Positions 1 through 8,993 of a stretch of 53,484 nt of DNA are shown here, in pieces (position 1 is the first letter of the stretch; each line of letters opens with the position of its first letter). A program made the translations under genes and the position numbers. The notes under the pieces were generated by a model. The model ran no database searches, was not told the origin of the DNA, and saw only the letters and a list, made by a program, of their open reading frames with translations. The stretch spans positions 1-53,484 of the forward strand of contig JBBUJK010000009.1 in the NCBI GenBank assembly GCA_038054875.1, given 5' to 3'. Source of the DNA: Patescibacteria group bacterium (GTDB taxonomy: Bacteria > Patescibacteriota > Patescibacteriia > 2-12-FULL-57-11).

Positions 1-1
1 T

Positions 2-2836
2 GGCAATGCGGATTTTGGGGTTGTTGGTGAAACCGGACGGTTCAAAGCGGACGTGCGCGAATTTGTTGACGAGCACTTTGAGCGGCACGCCGTACTGGAG
101 CCCGATGGAGATAGTCGTCGCAAACGAGTCCATCAGACCGGAGATTGTGCTGCCTTCCTTGCTCATGCGGATAAACACCTCTCCCGGCGTCCCGTCGTCG
201 TAGAGTCCGACGGTCAGGAATCCTTCATGGCCGGCGATGGCGAACTTGTGCGTGATTGAGCGACGTTCGTCCGGCAGCCGGTGACGGCGCGGTGCGTCGG
301 TGGCGACCGCGGCAGGCGTCGCAGCAGGCGCGGCTTCCACCTTTTTGGCGTCTGGCTTTGACTGGTCGGTATCGAGCGAGGTGGTCAGCGGCTGCTGGCG
401 CTTGGAGCCGTCGCGGTAAATGGCGACCGCCTTCAAGCCGAGCTTCCACGATTCAATATAGGCCTGCATGACGTCTTCGACCGTCGCCTCATGCGGCAGG
501 TTGACGGTCTTCGAAATGGCGCCAGAAATGAACGGCTGGACCGCGGCCATCATACGCAGATGGCCCATGTACTGGATGGAGCGCGTGCCCTTTTGCGGTT
601 TGAACGCGCAGTCAAAGACGGATAGGTGCTTTTCCTCCAGGTGCGGCGCGCCTTCGATGGTGTCGTTCGTATCGATGTGCGTCAGGATTTCCCGGATCTG
701 CACTTCGGTATAACCGAGTTTTTTGAGCGCTTCCGGCACGGTGTTGTTGACGATCTTGATCATGCCGCCGCCCACCAGCCACTTGTACTTCACAAGCGCG
801 ATGTCCGGTTCAACGCCGGTCGTGTCGCAGTCCATGAGGAAAGCGATGGTCCCGGTCGGTGCAAGCACCGAAATCTGCGCGTTGCGCACCCCGTGCTGTT
901 CGGCCTGAGCAATACACTGGTCCCAGGACTGGCGCGCCGCGGTGATCAGGTCCGCGGCCACGCCCGCCTCCGGCAGGCGGTAGCTGGCGTCCCGATGCAT
1001 ACCCAAGACCTTCAGGAACGGCTCGCGGTTCGTCTCCCAGTAGCGGAACGGTCCGAGGCGCTCGGCGATGGCGCCGCTCTGGCGGTACGATTCGCCGGTC
1101 AAAAGCGCCGTGATGGCCGCGGCGTAGTTGCGTCCTTCGTCCGAGTCATAGGCAAGGCCGTTCGACATCAGGAGCGCGCCCAGGTTGGCGTAGCCGATGC
1201 CGAGCGGGCGGAAGTCGTGGCTGTTCTGCTCGATGGCCGGCGTCGGGTAGCTGGAGTTGCCGATCAAAATTTCCATGGCCGTGATGACGATGCGGCTGGC
1301 ATGGCGGAAGCTTTCCACGTCAAAGCTCCCATCGGCACGACGGAACTTCATGAGGTTCAGGGACGCCAGGTTGCAGGCCGTGTCGTCCAGGAACATGTAT
1401 TCCGAGCACGGATTCGAGGCGTTGATGCGAGCCGTGTTGATGCAGGGGTTCCAGCGATTGATGGTGGTGTCGTACTGGACGCCCGGGTCGCCGCAAATCC
1501 ACGTTGCCTCGGACGCTTCGCGCATGACTTCGCGCGCCTTGAGCGTCTCCACCGGCTGGCCGGTCGTAACGGCGCGCGTCGTATATTCGGTGTCATCCAC
1601 CACGGCCTGCATGAATTCGTCCGTGACGCGGATGGAATTATTGGCGTTTTGAAAAGAAATGGATTGATATGCCTCACCGTTCATAGAGCCGTCGTATCCG
1701 GCGTCCATAAGCGCCCAGGCCTTTTTCTCTTCCTTGGCCTTGCACCAAATGAAGTCGCGGATGTCGGGGTGCGAAACGTTCAGGATGACCATCTTGGCCG
1801 CGCGGCGTGTCTTACCGCCGGATTTGATGACGCCAGCGAAAGCGTCGAAACCCTTCATGAAGGAAACCGGGCCGGACGATTTGCCGGAGCTGCCGCCCAA
1901 GTTCTCCTTGCTGGAGCGCAGGGACGACAAGTTGGAGCCGGTGCCGGAACCGTACTTGAACAGCATGCCCTCGGTCACCGCCAGACTCAGGATGGAACGC
2001 ATGTCGTCCTGCACCGAGTTGATGAAGCAGGCCGAGCACTGCGGCTGCGGGCTGACGCCGACGTTGAACCAAACCGGGCTATTGAACGCAGCCATCTGAC
2101 GAACCAGAATTGCGGTCAATTCCGCCTCAAAGGTGTCTGCGTCCGCGACCGTGTCGAAGTAGCCACCGGCACGGCCCCAGTTGCCTATGGTCCGGGCTAC
2201 CCGGTCGATCATCTGGCGAACGCTGGTTTCGCGCTCCTCGGTGCCGAGCTTCCCAAGGAAATACTTCTGGACGACGATGTTCGTGGCCGTCTGGGAATAG
2301 ATTGCCGGCACTTCCACGTCCTTTTGCTCGAAAATGATCTTCCCCTTTTCGTTGGTGATGCGGGCATCGCGTTTTTCCCAGGCGATTTCGTCATACGGGT
2401 GCACGCCCGGCTTGGTGTAGCGCCGATCCACTTTGCGCAGGCCGTGGCCATAGACCGGCTCCTGGCCGCGCTGCAGGAAGTCCTTCAGCTGGCGGAAGGA
2501 CATGTACCGCTTGGCGATGTGGGAAAGATTGTGGTCGATCAACGTGAGCGCCACCGTTTCCCGGATGTCGCCGCTCGTGGGCACGGTGTGGCCGTCGTAG
2601 CGTTCTTCGAGTCTTCCAATAACTCGTTCCGTGATCTTTCTCACCAGCGTCGGCTCTTTGACGCCGCCGCCGTTCAACGCCTGCTGAATCGAAGTAGCTA
2701 ATTTCTTTGATTCGAAAACTTCATTCTTTCCATCTCGTTTGGAAACGTTTTTCAGTGCAGACAAATACTTAATAATCGCTTCATCCAAGGTATCCAAAGG
2801 AACAGTCCTCATTTGGGAAGAAGCGATCTCAGGCAT
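2..2836 (-). CDS. nrdJ: Ribonucleotide reductase class II (adenosylcobalamin-dependent), N-terminal ~945 aa; C-terminus runs off the left window edge
   Basis: Not in the supplied ORF track (open at window edge). Manual minus-strand translation from ATG 2836 gives an uninterrupted frame to position 2: MPEIASSQMRTVPLD..KRDGKNEVFESKKLATSIQQAL (ATP-cone), NSPVWFNVG, NPCSEYMFLDDTACNLASLNL, VLAPTGTIAF, SKTVNLPHEATVEDVMQAYIESWKLGLKAVAIYRDGSK. AGGAGG at 2838-2843 (unusually close to the ATG). Confidence 0.9.
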   Translation of the reverse strand, partial: MPEIASSQMRTVPLDTLDEAIIKYLSALKNVSKRDGKNEVFESKKLATSIQQALNGGGVKEPTLVRKITERVIGRLEERYDGHTVPTSGDIRETVALTLIDHNLSHIAKRYMSFRQLKDFLQRGQEPVYGHGLRKVDRRYTKPGVHPYDEIAWEKRDARITNEKGKIIFEQKDVEVPAIYSQTATNIVVQKYFLGKLGTEERETSVRQMIDRVARTIGNWGRAGGYFDTVADADTFEAELTAILVRQMAAFNSPVWFNVGVSPQPQCSACFINSVQDDMRSILSLAVTEGMLFKYGSGTGSNLSSLRSSKENLGGSSGKSSGPVSFMKGFDAFAGVIKSGGKTRRAAKMVILNVSHPDIRDFIWCKAKEEKKAWALMDAGYDGSMNGEAYQSISFQNANNSIRVTDEFMQAVVDDTEYTTRAVTTGQPVETLKAREVMREASEATWICGDPGVQYDTTINRWNPCINTARINASNPCSEYMFLDDTACNLASLNLMKFRRADGSFDVESFRHASRIVITAMEILIGNSSYPTPAIEQNSHDFRPLGIGYANLGALLMSNGLAYDSDEGRNYAAAITALLTGESYRQSGAIAERLGPFRYWETNREPFLKVLGMHRDASYRLPEAGVAADLITAARQSWDQCIAQAEQHGVRNAQISVLAPTGTIAFLMDCDTTGVEPDIALVKYKWLVGGGMIKIVNNTVPEALKKLGYTEVQIREILTHIDTNDTIEGAPHLEEKHLSVFDCAFKPQKGTRSIQYMGHLRMMAAVQPFISGAISKTVNLPHEATVEDVMQAYIESWKLGLKAVAIYRDGSKRQQPLTTSLDTDQSKPDAKKVEAAPAATPAAVATDAPRRHRLPDERRSITHKFAIAGHEGFLTVGLYDDGTPGEVFIRMSKEGSTISGLMDSFATTISIGLQYGVPLKVLVNKFAHVRFEPSGFTNNPKIRIA

Positions 2837-2873
2837 ACCTCCTGCGGAAAAGTGTATTTAGCGTACCGCGGTG

Positions 2874-2901
2874 ACTATAGCACACTCCGTCACCTGCGTA
2901 A
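2874..2901 (-). promoter_or_regulatory. Putative sigma70-type promoter of nrdJ (TTACGC -16 nt- TATAGT on minus strand)
   Basis: Minus-strand TATAGT at 2874-2879 and TTACGC at 2896-2901, about 38 nt upstream of the nrdJ ATG; -35 abuts NrdR box 1. Confidence 0.4.
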
Positions 2902-2916
2902 CACAAGATGTTGTGT
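2901..2916. promoter_or_regulatory. NrdR box 1 (ACACAAGATGTTGTGT)
   Basis: 16-bp imperfect palindrome fitting the NrdR-box pattern acaCwAtATaTwGtgt, directly upstream of an RNR gene. Confidence 0.7.
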
Positions 2917-2933
2917 GTGGATAACCATACGGA

Positions 2934-2949
2934 CCACAAGATGTTGTGT
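2934..2949. promoter_or_regulatory. NrdR box 2 (CCACAAGATGTTGTGT)
   Basis: 15/16 identical to box 1, offset 33 bp (about three helical turns); tandem arrangement is typical of NrdR operators. Confidence 0.7.
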
Positions 2950-3000
2950 TGTACGACCCTTCGACTGCGCTCAGGGCAGGCGCTTTTGCCAAAAATTGGC

Positions 3001-3576
3001 CTAAAACGGCATGGTCAGGTTCACGGGCGGACGACTTTGGGGAATCTCGATTGTGATCGGCACAATCACTTCGGTCCCCTGCCGGTCCTTGTACTTGAGG
3101 TGCCGGTACTCCCGCGCGTAGTCGAACAGTTCTTTCGTGACCTTCACGTCCTGCAGGCAATAGTCGCGCAGCTTGTCGATCTCCCCTTTCTTCCAGTACT
3201 CAACGGCCATAAGACCTGAGCCGCTCTTCCCTATACCGAGCGTTCCTTGGGCGACATCTTCGAGTTTCAGCCGGAATCCGATCTGCTTCTCCAACAGATA
3301 CATGAGGTCGATCGTCGGCAGCTTCGTAAGGTCGCCCGGATAATACTTATTGAGCACGGGGAGATCAAAACCGATGATGTTGTAGCCAATGACCACGCTG
3401 GCCTGTTCCATCTTCTTCCAAAGAGCCGGCAAATCCTGTTCCATATAGCTCGTGTACTGGCCGTCGGCGTAGTCATACGCCCCGACAAGCGAGACGTTAA
3501 GCAGCCGACAGTCGTATTTGCCCACCTCTTGGAAGGTGTTCTGCGTTTCAATGTCGAAGACGAGCGGATGGCCCAT
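3001..3576 (-). CDS. RNase H-like / DEDD-type 3'-5' exonuclease domain protein
   Basis: ORF 3001..3636; start trimmed to ATG 3576 (MGHPLVFDIETQN..) because the DIET acidic motif is normally near the N-terminus; also GYNIIGFDLPVL and YCLQDVKVT motifs. Confidence 0.6.
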   Translation of the reverse strand: MGHPLVFDIETQNTFQEVGKYDCRLLNVSLVGAYDYADGQYTSYMEQDLPALWKKMEQASVVIGYNIIGFDLPVLNKYYPGDLTKLPTIDLMYLLEKQIGFRLKLEDVAQGTLGIGKSGSGLMAVEYWKKGEIDKLRDYCLQDVKVTKELFDYAREYRHLKYKDRQGTEVIVPITIEIPQSRPPVNLTMPF

Positions 3577-3635
3577 GGGTGATCGGAAAAACCTCGGCCA
3601 TGATACGGCCAGCCGCACGGGCGGGCAATGTTGCA

Positions 3636-3644
3636 TGCTATACT
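3636..3644 (+). promoter_or_regulatory. Possible extended -10 promoter (TGcTATACT) for the lipoprotein gene
   Basis: TGCTATACT about 30 nt upstream of ATG 3675; no convincing -35. Confidence 0.3.
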
Positions 3645-3674
3645 GGCGATTGTTCAGTTATTAACTGATTTCTC

Positions 3675-4109
3675 ATGCGCTATCTTACCGTTATCCCCAC
3701 GCTCGCCGCATTGCTCCTGCTCGGTGCCGGCTGCGCCGCCGCGCCGTCAAGTGCGCCCGAAGCAGCCAAACCAACACCCCAAGATCTCGTTGGTCCGGCC
3801 AACGAAGAAGAACCTCCTACCGTCGTGTCCATCGAAGAAGGAAATATTTCCATGGATGAAAACGGCTTTTCCCCCGCCACGCTCACGATCGGCAAGGGGA
3901 CTTTGGTCGGATTCAATAACACGGGATCGAACCCACACTGGCCGGCATCGGCGGTCCACCCAACACACCAGGAATATCCGGGTTTCGACGCAAAGAAACC
4001 CATCCAGCCCGGCGAATCCTACACCTTCACCTTCGACAGGGTCGGGACGTGGAAATATCACGATCACCTGAACCCGTCGCGGACCGCCTCGATCACGGTC
4101 ACGGAATAA
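3675..4109 (+). CDS. Lipoprotein with cupredoxin/plastocyanin-like domain
   Basis: Signal peptide with lipobox-like LLLGAGC; C-terminal segment with H..H..H.H pattern (HWPASAVHPTHQEYPGF..GTWKYHDHLN) resembling EfeO-type cupredoxin folds. Confidence 0.5.
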   Translation: MRYLTVIPTLAALLLLGAGCAAAPSSAPEAAKPTPQDLVGPANEEEPPTVVSIEEGNISMDENGFSPATLTIGKGTLVGFNNTGSNPHWPASAVHPTHQEYPGFDAKKPIQPGESYTFTFDRVGTWKYHDHLNPSRTASITVTE

Positions 4110-4115
4110 CAACAG

Positions 4116-4140
4116 AAAACCGGCCCCAGGGGCCGGTTTT
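4116..4140. terminator. Bidirectional rho-independent terminator between convergent genes
   Basis: AAAACCGGCCCC-A-GGGGCCGGTTTT perfect palindrome with A-run and T-run flanks. Confidence 0.75.
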
Positions 4141-4141
4141 C

Positions 4142-5398
4142 TTATGCCACGCGCTTGATGTCGGCACCGAGCGCGCGCAGGCGTTCCTCAATGGCTTCGT
4201 AGCCGCGATCTATCTGGTAGATATTCTCGATCTTGCTCGTGCCCGTGGCGGCCAAGGCGGCCACGACGAGGGCAAGACCTGCCCGGATGTCCGGCGATTC
4301 GAGCGTCGTCCCCCGGAGCGGCGTCGGTCCCTGGACAATGACCCGATGCGGATCACAGAGAACAACCTCCGCGCCCATTTTGTTGAGTTTGTCCGTAAAG
4401 TACAGCCGACCCTCGAAAATCGTCTCGTGGACCATGGATGTGCCGGTGGCCTGGGTCAGCAGCACGGTGAAGGGCGGTTGGATGTCCGTGGGAAAACCTG
4501 GGTACTCATGCGTCATGAGCGGCTGTGCCTTGAGCGTTTGCCACGGTTTAACGGTAATGTCGCCGCCGTTGATCTCGAGCGGCACGCCCAAGCGCTGCAA
4601 ATACTCGAGCGGCACGGACAGATGTTCCGGCCTCGTGCCGGTAATCGTGATCTGGCTCTTGGTGGCTGCAGCAAGTGCCAGGAAGCATCCGGCCTCAATA
4701 CGATCCGGGATAATTTCTGCGGAACCGCCGGATAGACGTTCAACGCCCTGAATCCGGATCGTTGGCGTGCCAGCACCAGAAATCTTTGCGCCACAAGAAT
4801 TCAAGAAGTCGGCCAGTGCCACCACTTCCGGTTCCATGGCGCAGTTTTCAAGCACTGTTTCGCCGAGAACACGGCTGCCCATGATCATCAGGGCTTCTGT
4901 GACGGTGTGACTGATGATCGGAAAAACAAAGCGGATGGGCGTCAATTTTTTGGCGGAAAAACGGATTTCTTTCTCTCCTTCCTCAATAATGGCACCAAAC
5001 GCCTTGTAACCAGCCAGGAACAGGTCGATCGGTCGGCGACCAATGGCGCAGCCGCCCGGAAACGGGAGCGTGGCCTTTCCGCGCGTCACGAGCAACGAAG
5101 CCACAAGAAGGGTGGACACGCGGATTTTGGGTGCCAGGACCTCGTCCAGGACGTCGGTCGAGACAGTTCGCGGGTCAATGATATACTGGTGCGGATCCGG
5201 TTCCGTGACTGTTGCGCCCAATCCTTTGAGGATTTCGACCATGCGCCGGACGTCTTCGATCCGTGGTACGTTCGTCAGCGTCACCGGTCCGTCCATCATC
5301 AAAGACGCCGCCAGAAACTTGAGGGCGGCGTTCTTGGCTCCGGAAATGGCGATGGTGCCCGACAGCGGTCGGCCGCCAGTGATCTCGAAATGGGCCAT
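4142..5398 (-). CDS. murA: UDP-N-acetylglucosamine 1-carboxyvinyltransferase
   Basis: ORF 4142..5524 trimmed to ATG 5398 (MAHFEITGGRPLSGTIAISGAKNAALK); active-site GGCAIGRRPIDL; full-length EPSP-synthase-fold similarity. Confidence 0.9.
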   Translation of the reverse strand: MAHFEITGGRPLSGTIAISGAKNAALKFLAASLMMDGPVTLTNVPRIEDVRRMVEILKGLGATVTEPDPHQYIIDPRTVSTDVLDEVLAPKIRVSTLLVASLLVTRGKATLPFPGGCAIGRRPIDLFLAGYKAFGAIIEEGEKEIRFSAKKLTPIRFVFPIISHTVTEALMIMGSRVLGETVLENCAMEPEVVALADFLNSCGAKISGAGTPTIRIQGVERLSGGSAEIIPDRIEAGCFLALAAATKSQITITGTRPEHLSVPLEYLQRLGVPLEINGGDITVKPWQTLKAQPLMTHEYPGFPTDIQPPFTVLLTQATGTSMVHETIFEGRLYFTDKLNKMGAEVVLCDPHRVIVQGPTPLRGTTLESPDIRAGLALVVAALAATGTSKIENIYQIDRGYEAIEERLRALGADIKRVA

Positions 5399-5441
5399 AA
5401 GGACGTGAATATAGCAGATTCGGACGGCGATTTCAAGTCCC

Positions 5442-6758
5442 ATGCAAAACCGCATCCAAAAACTGATTACTGTGGTCTTGGCACTGCTTTTCTTGGGCAG
5501 CGTACCGCTCGTGTTGCTGAACACCGCTGGCTACCGCATCAATCTCAGAACACGCCAGTTGGAGCGCACCGGCATCCTCATTCTACGCTCGACGCCCACG
5601 GATGCCCGCATCCTGCTCGACGGCGTGTTGCAGGACGAACGAACGCCCACACGGCTCTCCAAACTCCTGCCGCGCGAATATCGCGTCACGGTTGATCAGG
5701 AAGGATACCAACCCTGGAACAAACTGCTGACCGTGGAAAGCCAGCGTTCTGCATTTGCTCAGAATATCGTCCTGTTCCCGGATCATTTGCCGGAACGCAT
5801 TTCCGACGCCGAAGCTCGGGCGATTGCGGTTTCCTCCGACGGCACGCTTGCCTATGACCACACCAGCGGCGCCTTCACGGAAATCCGCCTGCGCCGGCCG
5901 AACGGGGAAAAAGTCGTGGTCACGCGCGTCGCTCATCGTACCGGTGGTGAACCGGAGCTCTCGCTGAATTGGAGTCCTGACGGTCGGACGCTGCTCGCCC
6001 ATGGAGACATCGCACCAACACTGGTAGGAAATGACGGCAGTCATCGCGCGCTCTCCGCTCCCGGTCCACTCAGCTCGGCCGTTTGGAGCGATCAAGACCT
6101 GTTCCTGCTGACTGACGGCCAGCCGATGTATCTTCCCGCCGGTGGCGTCATGCAGACAGTGACCACCTCAACGGCGCAACTCCTGTGGCATCAGGACGGG
6201 CTGACATATCTCGGTCGCACAACGAGCAGCACGGTCACCGTGGATGTGCTGGCCGCAAACGGCGCACTGCTGCATCCCGCACTGTTCCGCATCACTCCCG
6301 GGTGGAACAGCCGGTTCATCCCCTCTCCACAAGGTTTGCTGACCGTGCTCGGCGACGAGCGCGTCCGTGTCTTCGATGCCGCCACCGGCGCACTCGTCAT
6401 CGACCGCGAAGCCCGCGGCGCAGTCTGGCGGACGGACGGCGCGATCGAGTTGCTGATCTGGACGGACTCCGAACTATGGACGACTGGAACCGACGGCAAT
6501 GCCACGCTCCTGACCCGCCTGGGCGCGCCCATCCGCGACGCCGCCTGGTATCCCGGCGGCACCCACGTGCTGTACGCGTCCGGCGACACCCTGTCCGCCA
6601 TCGAGCGCGACGACCGCGGCGGCCGCGTCATCACCCCGCTCTTCACGCTCCCCGGCTTCGGCACATTCGTGGTGGACGAAAAAGGAGCCGCAGTCTTTGC
6701 GACTGCCGCCCCCGCCGGCAAACCCGGCATTTTCCGGTATCCGATTTTGGTGCCGTAG
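5442..6758 (+). CDS. Membrane-anchored PEGA-domain protein with C-terminal beta-propeller-like region
   Basis: N-terminal TM helix; PEGA-like segment ILILRSTPTDARILLDGV..TPTRLSKLLPREYRVTVDQEGYQPW. Confidence 0.6.
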   Translation: MQNRIQKLITVVLALLFLGSVPLVLLNTAGYRINLRTRQLERTGILILRSTPTDARILLDGVLQDERTPTRLSKLLPREYRVTVDQEGYQPWNKLLTVESQRSAFAQNIVLFPDHLPERISDAEARAIAVSSDGTLAYDHTSGAFTEIRLRRPNGEKVVVTRVAHRTGGEPELSLNWSPDGRTLLAHGDIAPTLVGNDGSHRALSAPGPLSSAVWSDQDLFLLTDGQPMYLPAGGVMQTVTTSTAQLLWHQDGLTYLGRTTSSTVTVDVLAANGALLHPALFRITPGWNSRFIPSPQGLLTVLGDERVRVFDAATGALVIDREARGAVWRTDGAIELLIWTDSELWTTGTDGNATLLTRLGAPIRDAAWYPGGTHVLYASGDTLSAIERDDRGGRVITPLFTLPGFGTFVVDEKGAAVFATAAPAGKPGIFRYPILVP

Positions 6759-6760
6759 AT

Positions 6761-6800
6761 AAAAAAAGAGGCGCACCCATCAGGTGACGCCTATTTCTCG
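6761..6800. terminator. Hairpin terminator between convergent genes (better T-run for the minus-strand gene)
   Basis: AAAAAAA-GAGGCGCACC-catca-GGTGACGCCT-ATTTCT; overlaps stop codon of 6791..7831. Confidence 0.55.
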
Positions 6801-7831
6801 CCGTCTGCTACCGCAGCTTCGCCAGGAGGCAGGGCGCGGTACGGACCACCATCGCCCGACGGCAGCGCCAGCGGCTCCGACGCCTTCCCCAAATGGATGT
6901 CTGCCTGGCGCGGAGCCCGAACGAGCGAGATCGGGAAGACGAAGTTCTGCGCTACTCGCAGGACGTTGCCCTTGAGCGAGCACTGCTTATCGATCACCCT
7001 GCGGGCAACCACCTTGCTCCCGTGGTAGACCTCGAGCAGATTCGCGTACCCGTCCCCAGCGATGTAGACGGGCTCGCCATCGACCGTACCGAGAAGTCGG
7101 AACATCATCGCGGATGCGAGACAGGTATGACCGTGGTAGATCGACCAACCGCACTGAAAGAACGGCTTGCCAGCGATGACGGCGAACACCAATACATTCG
7201 AGTCGTTCGCTCGCCACAACTGATCACCGTGGGCGGCGTAGCGCTCTTCTCCGAGGGTCGCCACATAGTACGGTTTACCATAGGCGAACCCTGGATTCTG
7301 ACTGACCCTGTCGCACGGACGATAGACCGTCGTCCCGTGCGCCACGCTCCACTTCTCGGTGTGCAGCTGCACTGGATAGAGCGGCTGGCCGCCGACGAAG
7401 ATGAGACTGCTGACATCCAAGTACGTGGTCGAACCGTCCTCCCCGTGGAAGACCTGCCACAGGTCGTTGCGCTGTGCGCGGTAGAGAGGCTTCCCCTCTG
7501 CCCACTGCAGGTCGTACGCCGCCTGGAACGGCCCCCAGACTGTCTCGCCGACGACCACGTACGTGGCACCGTCGTACTCCGCGCGGCGCAGCGGCAACAC
7601 GTCAGTCCGTACGTCCGACGCGCTGAGCTCGCTGTAGCTGGCTCGTCGACGCCGCAACTCGGCGGCGGTGAACGGTGCGCGCGGCGGCGCAAGTGCGTCC
7701 GCCGGCGCAGCCGTGACCGGCTCGCGCAGCACGCGATCCGGGTCGTCGGCCATGGCATCCAGATGCGCGTCGGTGATGCGCCCCGCCTGGATGGCTTCCA
7801 GAACTCTCCCGAATGCCTTTGAAAAAATCAA
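6791..7831 (-). CDS. Hypothetical protein with about five internal repeats (G-[KQE]-P-[LYFV]-[YF] .. HG)
   Basis: 346-aa ORF with TTG start 7831 and AGGAGG 9 nt upstream; repeats GKPLY..FHG, GQPLY..AHG, GKPYY..AHG, GKPFF..YHG, GEPVY..YHG; no family recognised. Confidence 0.55.
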   Translation of the reverse strand: MIFSKAFGRVLEAIQAGRITDAHLDAMADDPDRVLREPVTAAPADALAPPRAPFTAAELRRRRASYSELSASDVRTDVLPLRRAEYDGATYVVVGETVWGPFQAAYDLQWAEGKPLYRAQRNDLWQVFHGEDGSTTYLDVSSLIFVGGQPLYPVQLHTEKWSVAHGTTVYRPCDRVSQNPGFAYGKPYYVATLGEERYAAHGDQLWRANDSNVLVFAVIAGKPFFQCGWSIYHGHTCLASAMMFRLLGTVDGEPVYIAGDGYANLLEVYHGSKVVARRVIDKQCSLKGNVLRVAQNFVFPISLVRAPRQADIHLGKASEPLALPSGDGGPYRALPPGEAAVADGEK

Positions 7832-7907
7832 CGCTTCTCGCCTCCTGCTGACGTGTGGTCAGCGGCCGGAACATATACAAAAGACTGCCGGGAGTCAACC
7901 CGTCCGT

Positions 7908-8984
7908 CTATATCTCCACCCGGGCGTTGTCGCCGATGATGAACTTGTGCCCGTGCGGGCGGTTGCTTTGCTTGGAGGTGACGCATGCGTCCTTGCCGAT
8001 CAGCGAATCGACGATGCGGGCGTGGCAATCGACCGTGACGTTGTCGAAAATGATGCAGTGCTCGATTTCGGTATTGCGGATGGTGGTGCCATTGCCGATC
8101 GCGGTGTACGGGCCGATGTAGCTGGTTTCAATGGTGACGTTCTCGCCGATCGTCACCGGACCGCGGATGAGCACGCCCGGGCCGATCTTCGAACCCTTGC
8201 CGATGTGCACCTTGCCCTGGAGGGTCGCTGTGGGATCGATCTGGCCTTCGCGCGTCGCTTCCGCCGGCGTCATCTCATCCAAAATCAGCTGGTTGCCCTC
8301 GAGCAAGTCTTCCGGCTTGCCCGTGTCCTTCCACCAGCCGGTGATCTCTGCGTGACCGACGCTTCTTGCGTTGTTCAGATACCAGTTGTAGATCTCGGTG
8401 ATTTCGTACTCGCCGCGCGCGGACGGTTTGACGGTGTCGTACGCTTTGAAAAATTCGTTGTTGAAGAGGTAGAGACCGGTCACGGCAAAATCCGATTTCG
8501 GTACGGACGGCTTTTCCTCCAGCCGCACGATCTTGCCGTCGACGAATTCCGGCACGCCGAAGCGGCGGGAATCCGGGACTTTCGCGAGCGTCATGAGCGC
8601 GTCATGACCGCCACTCTTGAACTGTTCCACCAAGTGGCGGATGTTGCCGAGGATGATGTTGTCGGACAGGTAGAACAAAAACGGGCTGTCGCCGATCCAG
8701 GCTTCCGCCTGCTTGGGCACGTTGGCGATGCCGAGCGGCCCCCCCTGCTGCTCAAAGAAATGGATCTTGGCGCCCCACCGGCTGCCATCACCGATCACCT
8801 TTTGAAGTTCCGTCTCGTCCGGGTTGGTGTTGATGGCGATGTCCGTGATTCCTGCATCCACCACCTTTTCAATGGCATGAAAAATCATCGGCTTGTTGGC
8901 AAGCGGGATGAGATGCTTGTTCCAGGTGTGGGTGATGGGGCGCAGGCGCGTGGCGCGTCCGCCGCCCGTCAGCACGGCTTTCAT
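7908..8984 (-). CDS. rmlA: Glucose-1-phosphate thymidylyltransferase, long form with C-terminal left-handed beta-helix
   Basis: MKAVLTGGGRATRLRPIT..NKHLIPLANKPMI signature; C-terminal hexapeptide-repeat region (IGKGSKIGPGVLIRGPVTIGENVTI). Confidence 0.8.
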   Translation of the reverse strand: MKAVLTGGGRATRLRPITHTWNKHLIPLANKPMIFHAIEKVVDAGITDIAINTNPDETELQKVIGDGSRWGAKIHFFEQQGGPLGIANVPKQAEAWIGDSPFLFYLSDNIILGNIRHLVEQFKSGGHDALMTLAKVPDSRRFGVPEFVDGKIVRLEEKPSVPKSDFAVTGLYLFNNEFFKAYDTVKPSARGEYEITEIYNWYLNNARSVGHAEITGWWKDTGKPEDLLEGNQLILDEMTPAEATREGQIDPTATLQGKVHIGKGSKIGPGVLIRGPVTIGENVTIETSYIGPYTAIGNGTTIRNTEIEHCIIFDNVTVDCHARIVDSLIGKDACVTSKQSNRPHGHKFIIGDNARVEI

Positions 8985-8993
8985 GGGTGCGTT

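Noticed and set aside
626-2701. 691-aa plus-strand ORF, the longest ORF in the track for this region
   Set aside because: It is the antisense shadow of nrdJ. Its product is an Arg/Ala/Gly/Val-rich low-complexity string with no motifs, whereas the minus strand translates into a textbook class II RNR. Long antisense ORFs are expected in high-GC DNA.
2837-3000. Possible small RNA, tRNA or cobalamin riboswitch in the 164-bp nrdJ leader region
   Set aside because: No cloverleaf-compatible structure and no B12-box-like conserved core were seen. The repeated 15-mer is fully explained as tandem NrdR boxes.
5399-5524. N-terminal extensions given by the longest-ORF track for murA, and similarly for GT-C 15759-15884, GT1-MT 20677-20784, GT2 23024-23257, WbaP 34708-34764, ADH 45713-45985, MT 47985-48284 and GT-C 51794-51877
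   Set aside because: The extensions are Arg/Cys/His-rich, overlap the preceding gene, and have no counterpart in the respective families. Internal ATG/GTG starts that create 4-nt ATGA/GTGA overlaps or match canonical N-termini are preferred.
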